Shown here: positions 19,951 to 29,617 of the stretch, piece by piece | Layout: every line of letters begins with the position of its first letter | Position numbering within the stretch: position 1 is the stretch's first letter | Assembly: GCA_965224245.1 (NCBI GenBank) | Contig: OZ245046.1 | Span: 2,560,001 to 2,624,000, forward strand | DNA length: 64,000 nucleotides | Direction of reading: 5' to 3' | Source: Candidatus Eiseniibacteriota bacterium | Lineage (GTDB): Bacteria; Eisenbacteria; RBG-16-71-46; CAZAMP01 | The notes under the pieces: generated by a model | Databases searched by the model: none | What the model saw: only the letters and a program-made list of their open reading frames with translations | What the model was told of the DNA's origin: nothing | Made by a program: the position numbers and the translations under genes

Positions 19951-20028
19951 AAAGGGGCTTGACTCCTCTCGGGTGCGCGTCACCACCGCAGAAACCGATG
20001 CGAGCCGAGTGCGCCCCCCCGACGCCCA

Positions 20029-20500
20029 CCGCGTGAGGGAGCGACGGGGGTGGCGTCGCCGGAGCGACTGATGCGACCCCCACGTCCCACGGAGCCGCTC
20101 CGACACGAAATGATGCCCCCAACCGATCTCACGCCCACACCGCCAGCCGGAGCGCAGGCGACACCACCCCCGTCGCTCCCGACACGCGCCCCCGCCGTCG
20201 GGAACACCCGGGTGCAACACGCCACGAGCACCCCCGCGGCCAATCGGCACCCCCGACGCACCCCCCGGAAAACACTCCCGAGACCCCCCGCGTGAGGGAG
20301 CGGCGGGGGTGGTGTCGCCGGAGCGACTGATGCGACCCCCACGTCCCCCCGGAGCCGCTCCGACACGAAATGATGCCCCCAACCGATCTCACGCCCACAC
20401 CGCCAGCCGGAGCGCAGGCGACACCACCCTCGACGCTCCCGACACGCGCCCCCGAGGGACCGCTGGCGACACCACCCCCGACGCTCCCGACACGCGCCCC
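20029..20500. repeat. Two near-identical ~166-bp direct repeats plus a partial third, each a fold-back with 24-bp terminal IR
   Basis: Units 20029-20194 and 20288-20454, partial 20465-20500; IR gggagcgacgggggtggcgtcgcc (20037-20060) / ggcgacaccacccccgtcgctccc (20157-20180). Confidence 0.9.
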
Positions 20501-20530
20501 GGACGAGGGAGCGCCCCAGAAGGAGAGCGC

Positions 20531-21490
20531 TCAGCCCCCGAGACAGCGTCCCATGCGCCGGAACTTCTCACACCGCGAGGCGAGGAGCGCCTCGGGCGCC
20601 TCGCCCTCGAGCTCGGCGAGGCTGGAGGAGATCGCGGCCTTGACGTTGGCCGCCGCCCGATCGGGTGCGCGGTGTGCACCGCCCATCGGCTCGTCGATGA
20701 CCCCGTCGATGACGTCGAGCTCTTCGAGGTCTCGGCTCGTCAGCTTCAGTGCCTCGGCGGCCTCGGGCGCCTTCACACGATCGTGCCAGAGAATGGCCGC
20801 GCAGCCCTCGGGTGAGATGACCGAGTAGATCGCGTACTCCATCATGAACACGCGATCCCCCACGCCGAGAGCGAGCGCGCCGCCCGACCCGCCCTCGCCG
20901 ATGACGACGCACACGATGGGAACCGGGAAGCGTGACATCTCGCGGAGGTTTCGCGCGATGGCTTCCGACTGCCCGCGCTCCTCGGCCCCGATCCCCGGGT
21001 ACGCGCCCGGTGTGTCGATGAACGTGACGATCGGTAGGTGGAATCGGTTGGCCAGCTCCATGATGCGCAGCGCCTTGCGGTAGCCCTCGGGATGCGGCAT
21101 GCCGAAGTTGCGGCGGATGTTCTCGCGCGTGTCCCGGCCCTTCTGATGCCCGATGACGGCGAGTGGCCGTCCGTCGATCCGCGCGAGGCCTCCGACGATG
21201 GACTCGTCGTCGCGGTACGCGCGATCGCCGTGCATCTCGAAGAACCCGTCGAAGACGCGCTCGACGTAATCCAGCGTGTACGGGCGGCGAGGGTGCCGCG
21301 CGAGCTGGACGCGCTGCCATCGCGTCAGGTTCGAGTAGGTCTTGTGGCGGAGCTTGTCGGCCTTGGCCTCGAGCCGGGTGAGCTCGTCGGAGAGCTCGAT
21401 CTTCTCGACGGACGTGAAGTTCTTGAGGTCCTCGATCCGTCGCTCGAGCTCGATGATCTGGCGTTCGAAGTCGAGCCAGGTACTGATCAT
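20531..21490 (-). CDS. accA: Acetyl-CoA carboxylase carboxyltransferase alpha subunit
   Basis: [56 protein letters not shown]. Confidence 0.97.
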   Translation of the reverse strand: MISTWLDFERQIIELERRIEDLKNFTSVEKIELSDELTRLEAKADKLRHKTYSNLTRWQRVQLARHPRRPYTLDYVERVFDGFFEMHGDRAYRDDESIVGGLARIDGRPLAVIGHQKGRDTRENIRRNFGMPHPEGYRKALRIMELANRFHLPIVTFIDTPGAYPGIGAEERGQSEAIARNLREMSRFPVPIVCVVIGEGGSGGALALGVGDRVFMMEYAIYSVISPEGCAAILWHDRVKAPEAAEALKLTSRDLEELDVIDGVIDEPMGGAHRAPDRAAANVKAAISSSLAELEGEAPEALLASRCEKFRRMGRCLGG

Positions 21491-23571
21491 GGTCCCGTCA
21501 CGGTGAAGGTCCACGTCCGTTCGGTTCGATTGAGACAGCGGTCGACGGCGATCAATCTAGCAACGTGTTCCCCTTTGGACAAGGGCGTGCCTGTTCGCGC
21601 GCGGCACACGCCGACGTCGGGGGCCCACTCCGCGATCACGGGCTCGCCGTCGATCTCCAGGGTCAGGCCGGTCCAGTGGAGCCCGGACCCCACGTCGGAG
21701 ACCGTGGCCCCGACCGGCGCCCCGGCGGACACGCGAGCGCCGTCGGCTGGACGGACCGCTTCCACGACGGGTGCCACGCGATCGAGAGCGACGCAGAACC
21801 GCCCGATCCGGCGCGTCTCGACGGCCAGCGCCTCGCCATCCCACTCCCCGCCCTCGAATGCCCAGGAGCCGGTCTTCTCGTCCAGGGCGTAGATCCCGAG
21901 GCCCTGGGCGGGGGTGCCCGCAACCCCGGCCACCGCCGCCACATCCGCCGGTGCGGGGTCGGGGACCAGGCGAACCGTGACCGGTCGGGCGAACACCTGT
22001 TCACGCGGCTCCAGGGCCACGATCCGCGAGCGCGGCACGAGCCCGTCGGACAGCTCGGGACGTTCGCCGACCGTCGCCCGGAGCCAGCCGGAGGCGAAGA
22101 GATCCCCCGGCTCCACCGTCACCGTGACCCCGTCCCGCGCCAGCGTGGTCGGCTCGGACGCGTCGGGATCGACGAAGACGGCATCGATCGGAAGCGTCTC
22201 CTCGAAGCCCGACCCGTCGGCGTAGGTACCGGCGATCGCGACCTCGGCGGGTCCGCTTCCGAAGGGCGCGAAGACGAGATCGATCCGGTGCGAGTCGTCA
22301 CAGAAGACCGATGGGATCTCGGTGCGACCGGCCAGGGTCACGCGCGCCCGGTCGAGGCTCCCGATCGCGCGCTCGACCTCGAGCACCACGTGAGCTCGGT
22401 CGACCGAACCCCTGACGGACGAACGCCATCGATCGACGCCGCCTCCCGCGCTCGGCGTGGCCACGGGCACGGCCGCGTCGGGAGGATCCTCCCGACGATC
22501 CGGCGACGCCGGAAGCCCGGCAGGGGTCGGATCCACGAGCACCGGAACCCGGACCCGGGTCTCGTTGCCGGCGAAGTCGACCGCGCGTACCTCGCAGATC
22601 ACGAGGTCACCGGCCCCGGCATCCACGCCCACCACGCCGTCGCCGGCCGTGTGCGCATCGGCCAGGGCCGAGCCCGGGGCCACGTAGAGTCGCCGCACCC
22701 GCGTCTCCCCCATCGACGCGCGCTCGGGGTCGTACACGAGGTCGACCACCCGCTGGTTCGCGTACGGGACCGTGTCCAGGCGAGACGCGTAGAGCAGCCG
22801 GTCGGTGCGGAGCTCGAGCGCGTGAACGGCCAGCCGTGCCGTGCCCCTCCCGGCCCGATCGAACACGTGTGTCGAGAGCCGAAACGGGCCGGTGACCCGG
22901 GTCGTGTCGGGAACCAAGCCGCGCGAGACCGTGCGGACGACGGACGAGAACTCACCGTCGACGCGCGTGCGCGGCGCGGCCGGCTCGATCCGGACGTCGG
23001 CGATCGTCGGCGCGACGTCGTCGGCCGGATCGTAGCCGAAGCGAAGCGGATTGATCGCCACGTCGCCGAGCGCGTTTCGCAGCTCGAAGTGCAAGTGCGG
23101 TGGACCGGCCCCGGTGTCCCCGGTCGCGCCGATCACGTCGCCGGTCGAGACGCGAAACGTGCCGTCGTCCGGATAGAGATCGACCTCGTAGCGCCCCAGG
23201 CGGTGCTGCGCGGCACGCACGTAGGCGTCGAGCTCGGGCATGAACCGGTCCAGGTGTGCAAACACGGCCATCGGTCCGTCGTCGACGCGGAGATAGATCG
23301 CGCGGCCGTAGCCCACGCCCGAGGCGCGAACCCGAACGATCTCGCCGTCGCCGATCGCGTGGAGGGGCACGCCCACGCGCCCGCCCGTGGAGAGGTCGAT
23401 CCCGCTGTGGAAGTAGCCGCGCCGGTACTCGCCGAACGTGGAGGTCAACGAGGGGCTCGTCGTCGTGGGCCACGCGAGCGGCGGATCGGCACGGCTGGCA
23501 CCGACGAGCCCCGATGCCAGCCCGACGCCGACCAGCGCCGCGGCGACGCGAGCCCGCCGTCGACACCTCAT
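21487..23571 (-). CDS. M23 family metallopeptidase with C-terminal beta-sandwich domains
   Basis: [16 protein letters not shown] (HxxxD) and GPPHLHFE (HxH); signal peptide; ATGA overlap with accA. Start approximate. Confidence 0.88.
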   Translation of the reverse strand: MRCRRRARVAAALVGVGLASGLVGASRADPPLAWPTTTSPSLTSTFGEYRRGYFHSGIDLSTGGRVGVPLHAIGDGEIVRVRASGVGYGRAIYLRVDDGPMAVFAHLDRFMPELDAYVRAAQHRLGRYEVDLYPDDGTFRVSTGDVIGATGDTGAGPPHLHFELRNALGDVAINPLRFGYDPADDVAPTIADVRIEPAAPRTRVDGEFSSVVRTVSRGLVPDTTRVTGPFRLSTHVFDRAGRGTARLAVHALELRTDRLLYASRLDTVPYANQRVVDLVYDPERASMGETRVRRLYVAPGSALADAHTAGDGVVGVDAGAGDLVICEVRAVDFAGNETRVRVPVLVDPTPAGLPASPDRREDPPDAAVPVATPSAGGGVDRWRSSVRGSVDRAHVVLEVERAIGSLDRARVTLAGRTEIPSVFCDDSHRIDLVFAPFGSGPAEVAIAGTYADGSGFEETLPIDAVFVDPDASEPTTLARDGVTVTVEPGDLFASGWLRATVGERPELSDGLVPRSRIVALEPREQVFARPVTVRLVPDPAPADVAAVAGVAGTPAQGLGIYALDEKTGSWAFEGGEWDGEALAVETRRIGRFCVALDRVAPVVEAVRPADGARVSAGAPVGATVSDVGSGLHWTGLTLEIDGEPVIAEWAPDVGVCRARTGTPLSKGEHVARLIAVDRCLNRTERTWTFTVTGP

Positions 23572-23803
23572 CGTCCGGCTCCGATCGATCGGGCTTCTGG
23601 CACCGCGGCACCTCCGAATGTGCGTTCGTGCGTCGTGCGAGTCGTGGGGCATCCTGCAATGAGCCCTCGCAACGTGCAATGACAAACCGGGACCCGGTCG
23701 CGCCACCCGGTCGCGAACCGATGCGAGGTCGGCGGCCTCATGTCTGGGAGCGTCATCACCTTACCCGATCGACTGCACGTTGGTTCCGCACCCGTCGGAT
23801 CTC

Positions 23804-23819
23804 TGGTACGCGGCTTGCT
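23804..23819 (+). promoter_or_regulatory. Sigma54-type -24/-12 promoter
   Basis: TGGTAC-GCGGC-TTGCT versus consensus TGGCAC-N5-TTGCW, about 105 bp upstream of the Fn3 lipoprotein. Confidence 0.5.
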
Positions 23820-23923
23820 CGTCCGGTGCGCGGCACGACACGAGGGGCACCGGTCACAGCTCCGGCGACTCCATTCATTGGCACGAACGCGGACTGACAG
23901 ACCAGAAGGGGGTCATCGAAACC

Positions 23924-24454
23924 ATGATGACGCGAGCACTGGCGACGACCTGCAAGATGCTTCTCTGTGGGGCGATGGTATTCATGGCCACCGGTTGCGG
24001 TGGCGACGACCAGCGGGTCGCCGCTCCGGACTCGCCGGCAGGCCCGGGGAACCCCCACAACGAGATCTTGCTGGGCGCTCCGTCGAACCTGAACACCCGT
24101 GCGGCCGGTGGCTCCGACATTCTGCGGTGGCAGGCACCGACGTCCGAGACCACGCAGACGCTCGTCGGTTACAACGTCTACAGCTATCAGCCGGATCCCG
24201 GCACGCCGGACTCGTTCGTCCGGGTCAACGGTAGCCTCGTGCCGGGCGGGCGCTACGTCTTCGAGGGCCTGATGGCCGGCGACGAGTACCACGTGAAGGT
24301 CCGTGCGGTCGACTCCGAAGGCAACGAGAGCGATTGGTCGGCCACGCATTCGTTCCGGTCCCAGGGTGCCGCGAGTGGCTCGGACGGACGACCGGGTGGT
24401 CTCGGCCAGTCCGACCCCGACGTGGTCGAGGGCGAGACCGGCCCCACCCACTAG
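23924..24454 (+). CDS. Lipoprotein with a fibronectin type III domain
   Basis: Lipobox ATGC; APSNL...LRWQAP...GYNVY...GLMAGDEYHVKVRAVDSEGNESDWS. Confidence 0.8.
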   Translation: MMTRALATTCKMLLCGAMVFMATGCGGDDQRVAAPDSPAGPGNPHNEILLGAPSNLNTRAAGGSDILRWQAPTSETTQTLVGYNVYSYQPDPGTPDSFVRVNGSLVPGGRYVFEGLMAGDEYHVKVRAVDSEGNESDWSATHSFRSQGAASGSDGRPGGLGQSDPDVVEGETGPTH

Positions 24455-24584
24455 TCGACGCATCGACCGGCGCCCCGGTGTCACACACCGGGGCGGCCGG
24501 ACTTCGGGGGTTCAGTTCCCCGGCCGATCCGTCGATATGACGGTTGAGACGGAAGGGCAATAGGGGACCTGTCCTTCCAGCTCT

Positions 24585-24626
24585 GAGCCCGTCGGGCCGC
24601 GTTCGCGCGGTGCGGCGGGCTCTTTT
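24585..24626 (+). terminator. Intrinsic terminator-like hairpin
   Basis: gagcccgtcg...cggcgggctc followed by tttt. Confidence 0.55.
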
Positions 24627-24642
24627 CGTCTAGAGTGCCCGC

Positions 24643-25194
24643 ATGCACGTGCACGCCGCCATTCTCGCGGGCGGCCGGAGCCGCCGGTTCGGGTCGGACA
24701 AGGCCCGCGCGGTGGTCGAAGGGAGCCCGCTCATCCTCCGGGTCGTCGAGGCGGTCCGGCCGGTCGCGGGATCGATCCTGGTCGTGGCCGACGAGCCCGA
24801 CAAGTACGCCGATCTCGGCCTGTCGACCGTCGCCGACCCGATCCCGGACGCCGGTCCGATGAGCGGCCTGGCGGGCGCGCTCGCGCGGCTGCCGGCCGGC
24901 TTCGGCCTGGTGCTTCCCTGCGACCTGATCGGGCTGCGCACGCCGTGGCTTCGCACCCTCCGGGGGGCGGCCGACGACGAGGTGGACGCGGTGGTGTTCG
25001 AGTCGGACCGCCTCGAGCCGCTTCCCGGGCTGTATCACACGCGACTGGCCACCGAAGCCCTCGTCCGGGCACGCTCGGGCCCCCGGGCCCTCGTCCGGCT
25101 CCTCGCCGACGTCCGCACCCGCCGGCTGCCCGCGCCGGGAGACTGGGCCCGCATCGGTCGGGTCACCCGGCCCTCGGATCTGCCCGCGGATTGA
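24643..25194 (+). CDS. mobA: Molybdenum cofactor guanylyltransferase
   Basis: ILAGGRSRRFGSDKA, DAGPMSGL, VLPCDL, LEPLPGLY. Confidence 0.85.
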   Translation: MHVHAAILAGGRSRRFGSDKARAVVEGSPLILRVVEAVRPVAGSILVVADEPDKYADLGLSTVADPIPDAGPMSGLAGALARLPAGFGLVLPCDLIGLRTPWLRTLRGAADDEVDAVVFESDRLEPLPGLYHTRLATEALVRARSGPRALVRLLADVRTRRLPAPGDWARIGRVTRPSDLPAD

Positions 25195-25219
25195 CCCCCG
25201 CGGGGGCTTCCGCTAAGTT
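25191..25219 (+). promoter_or_regulatory. Sigma70-type promoter upstream of pyrE
   Basis: TTGACC-N17-TAAGTT. Confidence 0.45.
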
Positions 25220-25315
25220 TCGCCCGCTCGTGTTCCGCCCGTCCGGTACCCGCGCGCGCGCGGCACGTCGACGGCATGGCTGTTCCACTCTCCTCGCACG
25301 CGGGAGCTCCCGGCG

Positions 25316-25891
25316 GTGACCTCGGATCTCGACCTCCCGCTCTCGGCGGCCCGCGCTCGCCTCCGTGATCTCATCTGCGAGCTGAGCCTCCGGTTCGGCG
25401 AGTTCGTGCTCGCGTCGGGCGCGAAGAGCGATCACTACGTCGATCTGCGCCGCACGACGACCCACCCCGAGGGCGCACTCCTGTCGGCGCGGCTGCTGCT
25501 GGATCGGATACCCCCGTCGATCCATGCGATCGGCGGCCCGACACTCGGGGCGGATCCGATCCTGGGCGCGCTCGCCGTCGTGGGTCAGCTACGGGGGACG
25601 CCGAGGTCGGTCTTCATCGTGCGCAAGGCGGCCAAGACCCACGGGGCCGGGCGCCAGATCGAGGGACACCTGGAACCGGGTCAGCACGTCGCGGTACTCG
25701 ACGACGTGGTCACCGGCGGCGGATCGATCATGGTCGCCATCGACGCGGCCGTGCGGGCGGGTGCGATCGTGGATCGCGTCCTGTGCATCGTCGATCGACG
25801 AGCCGGGCGGGGCGGTCCGCTGGCCGACGCCGGGTTCGAGCTGGACGCACTCTTCACGATCGAGGAGATCCTGGATGCCGCACGCGCGTGA
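25316..25891 (+). CDS. pyrE: Orotate phosphoribosyltransferase
   Basis: GEFVLASGAKSDHYVDLR, GGPTLGADP, VRKAAKTHG, PRPP motif VLDDVVTGGGS. Confidence 0.93.
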   Translation: MTSDLDLPLSAARARLRDLICELSLRFGEFVLASGAKSDHYVDLRRTTTHPEGALLSARLLLDRIPPSIHAIGGPTLGADPILGALAVVGQLRGTPRSVFIVRKAAKTHGAGRQIEGHLEPGQHVAVLDDVVTGGGSIMVAIDAAVRAGAIVDRVLCIVDRRAGRGGPLADAGFELDALFTIEEILDAARA

Positions 25892-26318
25892 CTGTCCCAG
25901 GTGCGGCCACCGGCTCCCTCCCCGCGGACCGGCGGTGACGGTCGACGTGATCGTGCAGAACGCGCGAGGCGAGGTCGTCCTGATCGAGCGACGCCATCCC
26001 CCACACGGGTGGGCGCTGCCCGGCGGGTTCGTCGACCGGGGCGAGCGAGTCGAGGTCGCCGCCCGGCGCGAGGTCCGCGAGGAGACGCACCTCGACGTGA
26101 ACCCCCTGCACCTCGTCGGCGTCTACTCCGATCCCGCGCGCGATCCGCGGGGCCACACGGTCACGATCGTGTTCAGCACCCGGTGCGACGACGAGCCCCG
26201 GGCCGACGACGACGCCGTCTCGGTCGGCGTGTTCCCGATCGACGCCCTTCCGGCGGAGATGGCCTTCGATCACCGCGAGATCATCACCGACTTCGTTTCG
26301 CGGGGGGCCGACGCGTGA
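25875..26318 (+). CDS. NUDIX hydrolase with N-terminal CxxC
   Basis: WALPGGFVDRGERVEVAARREVREET Nudix box; YSDPARDPRGH; MAFDH. Confidence 0.92.
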   Translation: MPHARDCPRCGHRLPPRGPAVTVDVIVQNARGEVVLIERRHPPHGWALPGGFVDRGERVEVAARREVREETHLDVNPLHLVGVYSDPARDPRGHTVTIVFSTRCDDEPRADDDAVSVGVFPIDALPAEMAFDHREIITDFVSRGADA

Positions 26319-28003
26319 TCACGCGAGTGCTCGGGGTGGTCCTGGCGTGCGCGGTGCTCTGTCCGAGCGCCCACGCCGGGGGCGACGGGGTCTCGATCGA
26401 CTCGGTCACCACCAGTCGGGTGAGCATCGGCGCCGATCCGGAGTTCGCCTCGATGGACATCGACGTCGCGTACTCCGCCACGGGCTCCCCGGTGCTCCTG
26501 ACCGGCGAGCTCCATCGTGACGGGGTCCGTCGCGCGACCATCTTCCAGTCCAACCGGGTGACGGCGGTCGACACCCTCTCGGTCACCTGGGACGGTACCG
26601 ACCTCGACGGCCTTCCGGTCGCCGACGGCGTCTATCGCCTCCTGGTGAGCGCCGCGCTCGGCGACTCGGTCGCCCTCTCCGACTCGGTGCGCGTGGTCGT
26701 CGACAAGACCGCGCCACAGGTCCTGTCGATCTTCCTGACCGGACCCCAGGGGGCCTACCAGAACGGCGACTACGTGCAGCTCCGCGCGCGCTTCGACGAC
26801 GACCCCGACAGCCTCCGCCTCGAGGTCACCGCCGACGAGAACACCGACCACTGGGCCACGGCCTCGTTTCTACCGCTGGGCGATGCGACGTACGACGTTC
26901 TCTATCGCATCAGCGACGACAACCCGGCCCCGGACGCGCGCGGCCGTCCGATCAACGTCATCGTGGCCGACAGCCTCAGAAACGAGTCCACGAACAACGA
27001 CATCGTCATCTGCCTGTCGAACCATCCCCCGATCTTCGACCGGCTGGAGCTGATCGACGCCGCGGGCGACTCGGTCGTGCCCGGCATCGTCTACACGCGC
27101 GGACAGACCGTCCGCCTGCGCGGCTTCGTCCAGTCGCCCCGGATCCCGGCCGAGGCACCGGCGGTCCTCTCGTTCACGCCCGACTTCTCCAGGATCGACA
27201 CCGAGTTCAACCCGGTCACCCGACCGGCCACCATCGACACGACGTACGCGCTGGCGAAGGAAGACGCCCCGGACTCGCTCCTCGCCGACGGCTACCAGTC
27301 GATCGTCGCGGTCGAGATCTCGTATACCCTGTCCGAGCTGAACCTGCGTCTCGAGGGCACGTACGACGTCCCGGTCGAGGTCGCCGACAACGGATGCGGG
27401 ACGGATCCGTTCACGCCGGCCATTCGCCTGCGGCTGGGCGACCTCGGTCCCCCGATGCCCACCCTGAACGGCTTCGCGAGCGAGATCACCGCGGCCGAGT
27501 CGGTCCGGGTCGCCGGGACCGCACCGGACGCGCTCCGCGTCGAGGTCCGGCGAAACGGCGAGGCCCCGGGGATCGACGCCACGCTGGACGAGGTCACCGG
27601 CGACTACGAGGCCACGATTGCGCTCGACCCCGGCGAGAACGAGATCGTCGCGATCGCCTACGGTCCCTTCAACCACCCATCGGCGCCGTCACCGACCCGA
27701 CGCATCTACCGCGAGACCGAGGAGCGGATCGAGATCAACGAGCGCTTCCGTCCCGGTGACGAGATCACCGTCACCACGTTCGACGCACCCGATCGCATCG
27801 AGCTCGACGTCTGGAATCTCGCACGGGACCTCATCCACCACGACGAGGCGCTCGATCCCGGTGAGCTGCACGCGTTCGTGTGGAACGGCCGCAACCTCGA
27901 CGGCGCCGAGGTGCTGAGCGGCCCCTACATCGCCCAGATCACGTTTCACCGGCCCTCGGGCACGTCGCGAATCGCGCGCGCGCTCGTCTTCACGCGAAAG
28001 TGA
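26315..28003 (+). CDS. Secreted multi-Ig protein with FlgD-like domains at both ends (T9SS CTD-type cargo candidate)
   Basis: Signal peptide (AHA-G); WDGTDLDGLPVADGVY near N-terminus; C-terminal VWNLARDLI...WNGRNLDGAEVLSGPYI...ALVFTRK; GTGA overlap with NUDIX gene. Confidence 0.7.
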   Translation: MITRVLGVVLACAVLCPSAHAGGDGVSIDSVTTSRVSIGADPEFASMDIDVAYSATGSPVLLTGELHRDGVRRATIFQSNRVTAVDTLSVTWDGTDLDGLPVADGVYRLLVSAALGDSVALSDSVRVVVDKTAPQVLSIFLTGPQGAYQNGDYVQLRARFDDDPDSLRLEVTADENTDHWATASFLPLGDATYDVLYRISDDNPAPDARGRPINVIVADSLRNESTNNDIVICLSNHPPIFDRLELIDAAGDSVVPGIVYTRGQTVRLRGFVQSPRIPAEAPAVLSFTPDFSRIDTEFNPVTRPATIDTTYALAKEDAPDSLLADGYQSIVAVEISYTLSELNLRLEGTYDVPVEVADNGCGTDPFTPAIRLRLGDLGPPMPTLNGFASEITAAESVRVAGTAPDALRVEVRRNGEAPGIDATLDEVTGDYEATIALDPGENEIVAIAYGPFNHPSAPSPTRRIYRETEERIEINERFRPGDEITVTTFDAPDRIELDVWNLARDLIHHDEALDPGELHAFVWNGRNLDGAEVLSGPYIAQITFHRPSGTSRIARALVFTRK

Positions 28004-28007
28004 GACC

Positions 28008-28973
28008 GTGATGCACGCCACCCCGACCTCCCGATCGGCGTTGCTCGCGCTCGCGGCGGCATGCGGCGTGGCGTCGCTCGTGGCCGGGCCGGCGGGCGCG
28101 CAGACCACGGGCGCGTTCGCCATACGCGGGGGCTCGGCGCGCTCGGCCGTGTGGAACGAGGCCTTCGGGGCCGTCGGAGGCGACGCGGACGCCGGCTACT
28201 GGAACCCCGCGTCGCTGATCCGCGTGGACCGGCCGCATCTTCAGGCCACCTATCACGACGTGTACGGTCTGGGACTGGCTCACTACACGTCTCTGGACCT
28301 CGCGTGGCGCCGCGGCTCCGAGACGCTGTCCGAGTCCGGTGACACGCTCTACGTGACGACGCGTCCGGCGGACGGGTGGGCCTACTCGGTGGGAATCGAC
28401 GTGCTGGCGCTGGAGCTGGAGTCGGATTCCTACAACGAGTTCCGACCGTCGGTGACCGTGGCGGCGCCGATGGCCGGTGGCGGTGCAGTCGGGGCCAGCG
28501 TCCGCTACCTGCGTGCGTCGTCGAGCCTGCGCGAGGTCAGCGCGACCGGGTACGCGTTCGACGTCGGGATCCACCAGCCCCTCACCGACCGGATCGACGT
28601 GGGCATCTGGATCCAGAACCTCCTGGCGCGGCTGTCGTGGAAGGCCGGCCGCGAGGAGCCCCAGCGGCGCGAGACCGGCGGCGCGATCGCGTTCCGTCCC
28701 GCTTCGCGCATCAAGCTGGGCGCGGGCGCGCAGGGCGAGCTCGGCGACTCGGGAATCGACCGCATGTCGGCGGCCGCCGAGGTCGAAGTCCTGCCCGGTC
28801 AGTGGGCGCTGATGGGCGGGGTGGCGTCACGTCGATCGGGAGCCGACCGCGAGGCCTCGGCCCGGTTCGGCACGTGGGTCGAGGTCCAGCGCATCCGAGC
28901 GGACTACGCCTACGTCCCCGAAGCCGAGACGCCGGGCGACACCCACCAGGTCACGTTGCTCGTCCGCTTCTGA
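28008..28973 (+). CDS. PorV/PorP-like outer membrane beta-barrel
   Basis: GGSARSAVWNEAFGAVGGDADAGYWNPASL, GYAFDVG, IQNL, DYAY, THQVTLLVRF. Confidence 0.75.
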   Translation: MMHATPTSRSALLALAAACGVASLVAGPAGAQTTGAFAIRGGSARSAVWNEAFGAVGGDADAGYWNPASLIRVDRPHLQATYHDVYGLGLAHYTSLDLAWRRGSETLSESGDTLYVTTRPADGWAYSVGIDVLALELESDSYNEFRPSVTVAAPMAGGGAVGASVRYLRASSSLREVSATGYAFDVGIHQPLTDRIDVGIWIQNLLARLSWKAGREEPQRRETGGAIAFRPASRIKLGAGAQGELGDSGIDRMSAAAEVEVLPGQWALMGGVASRRSGADREASARFGTWVEVQRIRADYAYVPEAETPGDTHQVTLLVRF

Positions 28974-29025
28974 CTCGGGCTCCCGGCACGCGTCACGTTC
29001 CGCCGGCGCGCGAGGGGCGCGTGGA

Positions 29026-29523
29026 TCACCAGCAATACGACGACGAGTAGTAGTGATGCCAGGGATTCGAGTACCCGAAGCCGACGTGACGGTGACGCGG
29101 CCAGCGATGCCAGTAGCGGTACCGGTAGGGATACCGGTAGGCGCCGTACACCACGACGCGGTCGCGCGAGGCGGCCCTGTTCAGCGCGTCGAGCTCGCGC
29201 TCGGCCGCATCGCGTGCGTCCCGGAGATCCTCGACGTGGTCGTCCCGGACACCGGTGGCCACGAGCGCGGCGATGACCTCACCGGACACCCCGCGCGTGT
29301 GCAGGCGCAGGATCTCCTCGGTGGAGAGATGGAAGACCTGTCCGGTGGCGCGGATCTGGGACGTGATGACGTCGTCGGCGACACCGGCTTCCGACAGCGC
29401 TTCGACGTCGCGGAGCGTCATGGCGGCGCCGTCGCCGGCGGACTCGCCTGCTCGTGTCGACGGTGCGGCCACGAGCAGGGCGAAGGCGAGGGCCGCCGCG
29501 GTCATCGTGCGAACGTTCGGCAT
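29026..29523 (-). CDS. Exported hypothetical protein with duplicated L..xGVs.eVI helical motif and aromatic/His-rich tail
   Basis: Signal peptide; LSEAGVADDVI and LHTRGVSGEVI; GAGGAGG RBS; TTGACC-N18-TAGGCT upstream. Confidence 0.7.
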   Translation of the reverse strand: MPNVRTMTAAALAFALLVAAPSTRAGESAGDGAAMTLRDVEALSEAGVADDVITSQIRATGQVFHLSTEEILRLHTRGVSGEVIAALVATGVRDDHVEDLRDARDAAERELDALNRAASRDRVVVYGAYRYPYRYRYWHRWPRHRHVGFGYSNPWHHYYSSSYCW

Positions 29524-29617
29524 CGTCGCCTCCTCGGAATCGATCGTGACCCGGGGTCCAGGGCGGGTGGATCGATCGTGGTCGTGGTGCAAGCCTATCA
29601 ACGGCCTCCGCGAGCGG

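Larger units (their letters stand above)
18552..19973 (+). mobile_element. IS110 family, IS1111-type insertion sequence
   Basis: DEDD recombinase, short left end, ~270-bp right non-coding end, sub-terminal IR AGAGGAGTCA (18565-18574) / TGACTCCTCT (19960-19969), CGGG at both junctions, visibly lower GC than flanks. Confidence 0.85.

Noticed and set aside
18218-20180. Flanking inverted repeats as the terminal IRs of a larger transposon
   Set aside because: IS110-family elements do not use long terminal IRs; the IS has its own ends, and the repeat recurs in direct orientation beyond 20180.
20029-20500. Repeat-spacer-repeat pattern as a CRISPR array
   Set aside because: Repeats are ~166 bp, only two full copies, and no cas genes are in the window.
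19808-20828. Short ORFs with repeated MGASFRVGAAP / MMPPTDLTPTP peptides
   Set aside because: Translations of the non-coding DNA repeats; no RBS or domain evidence.
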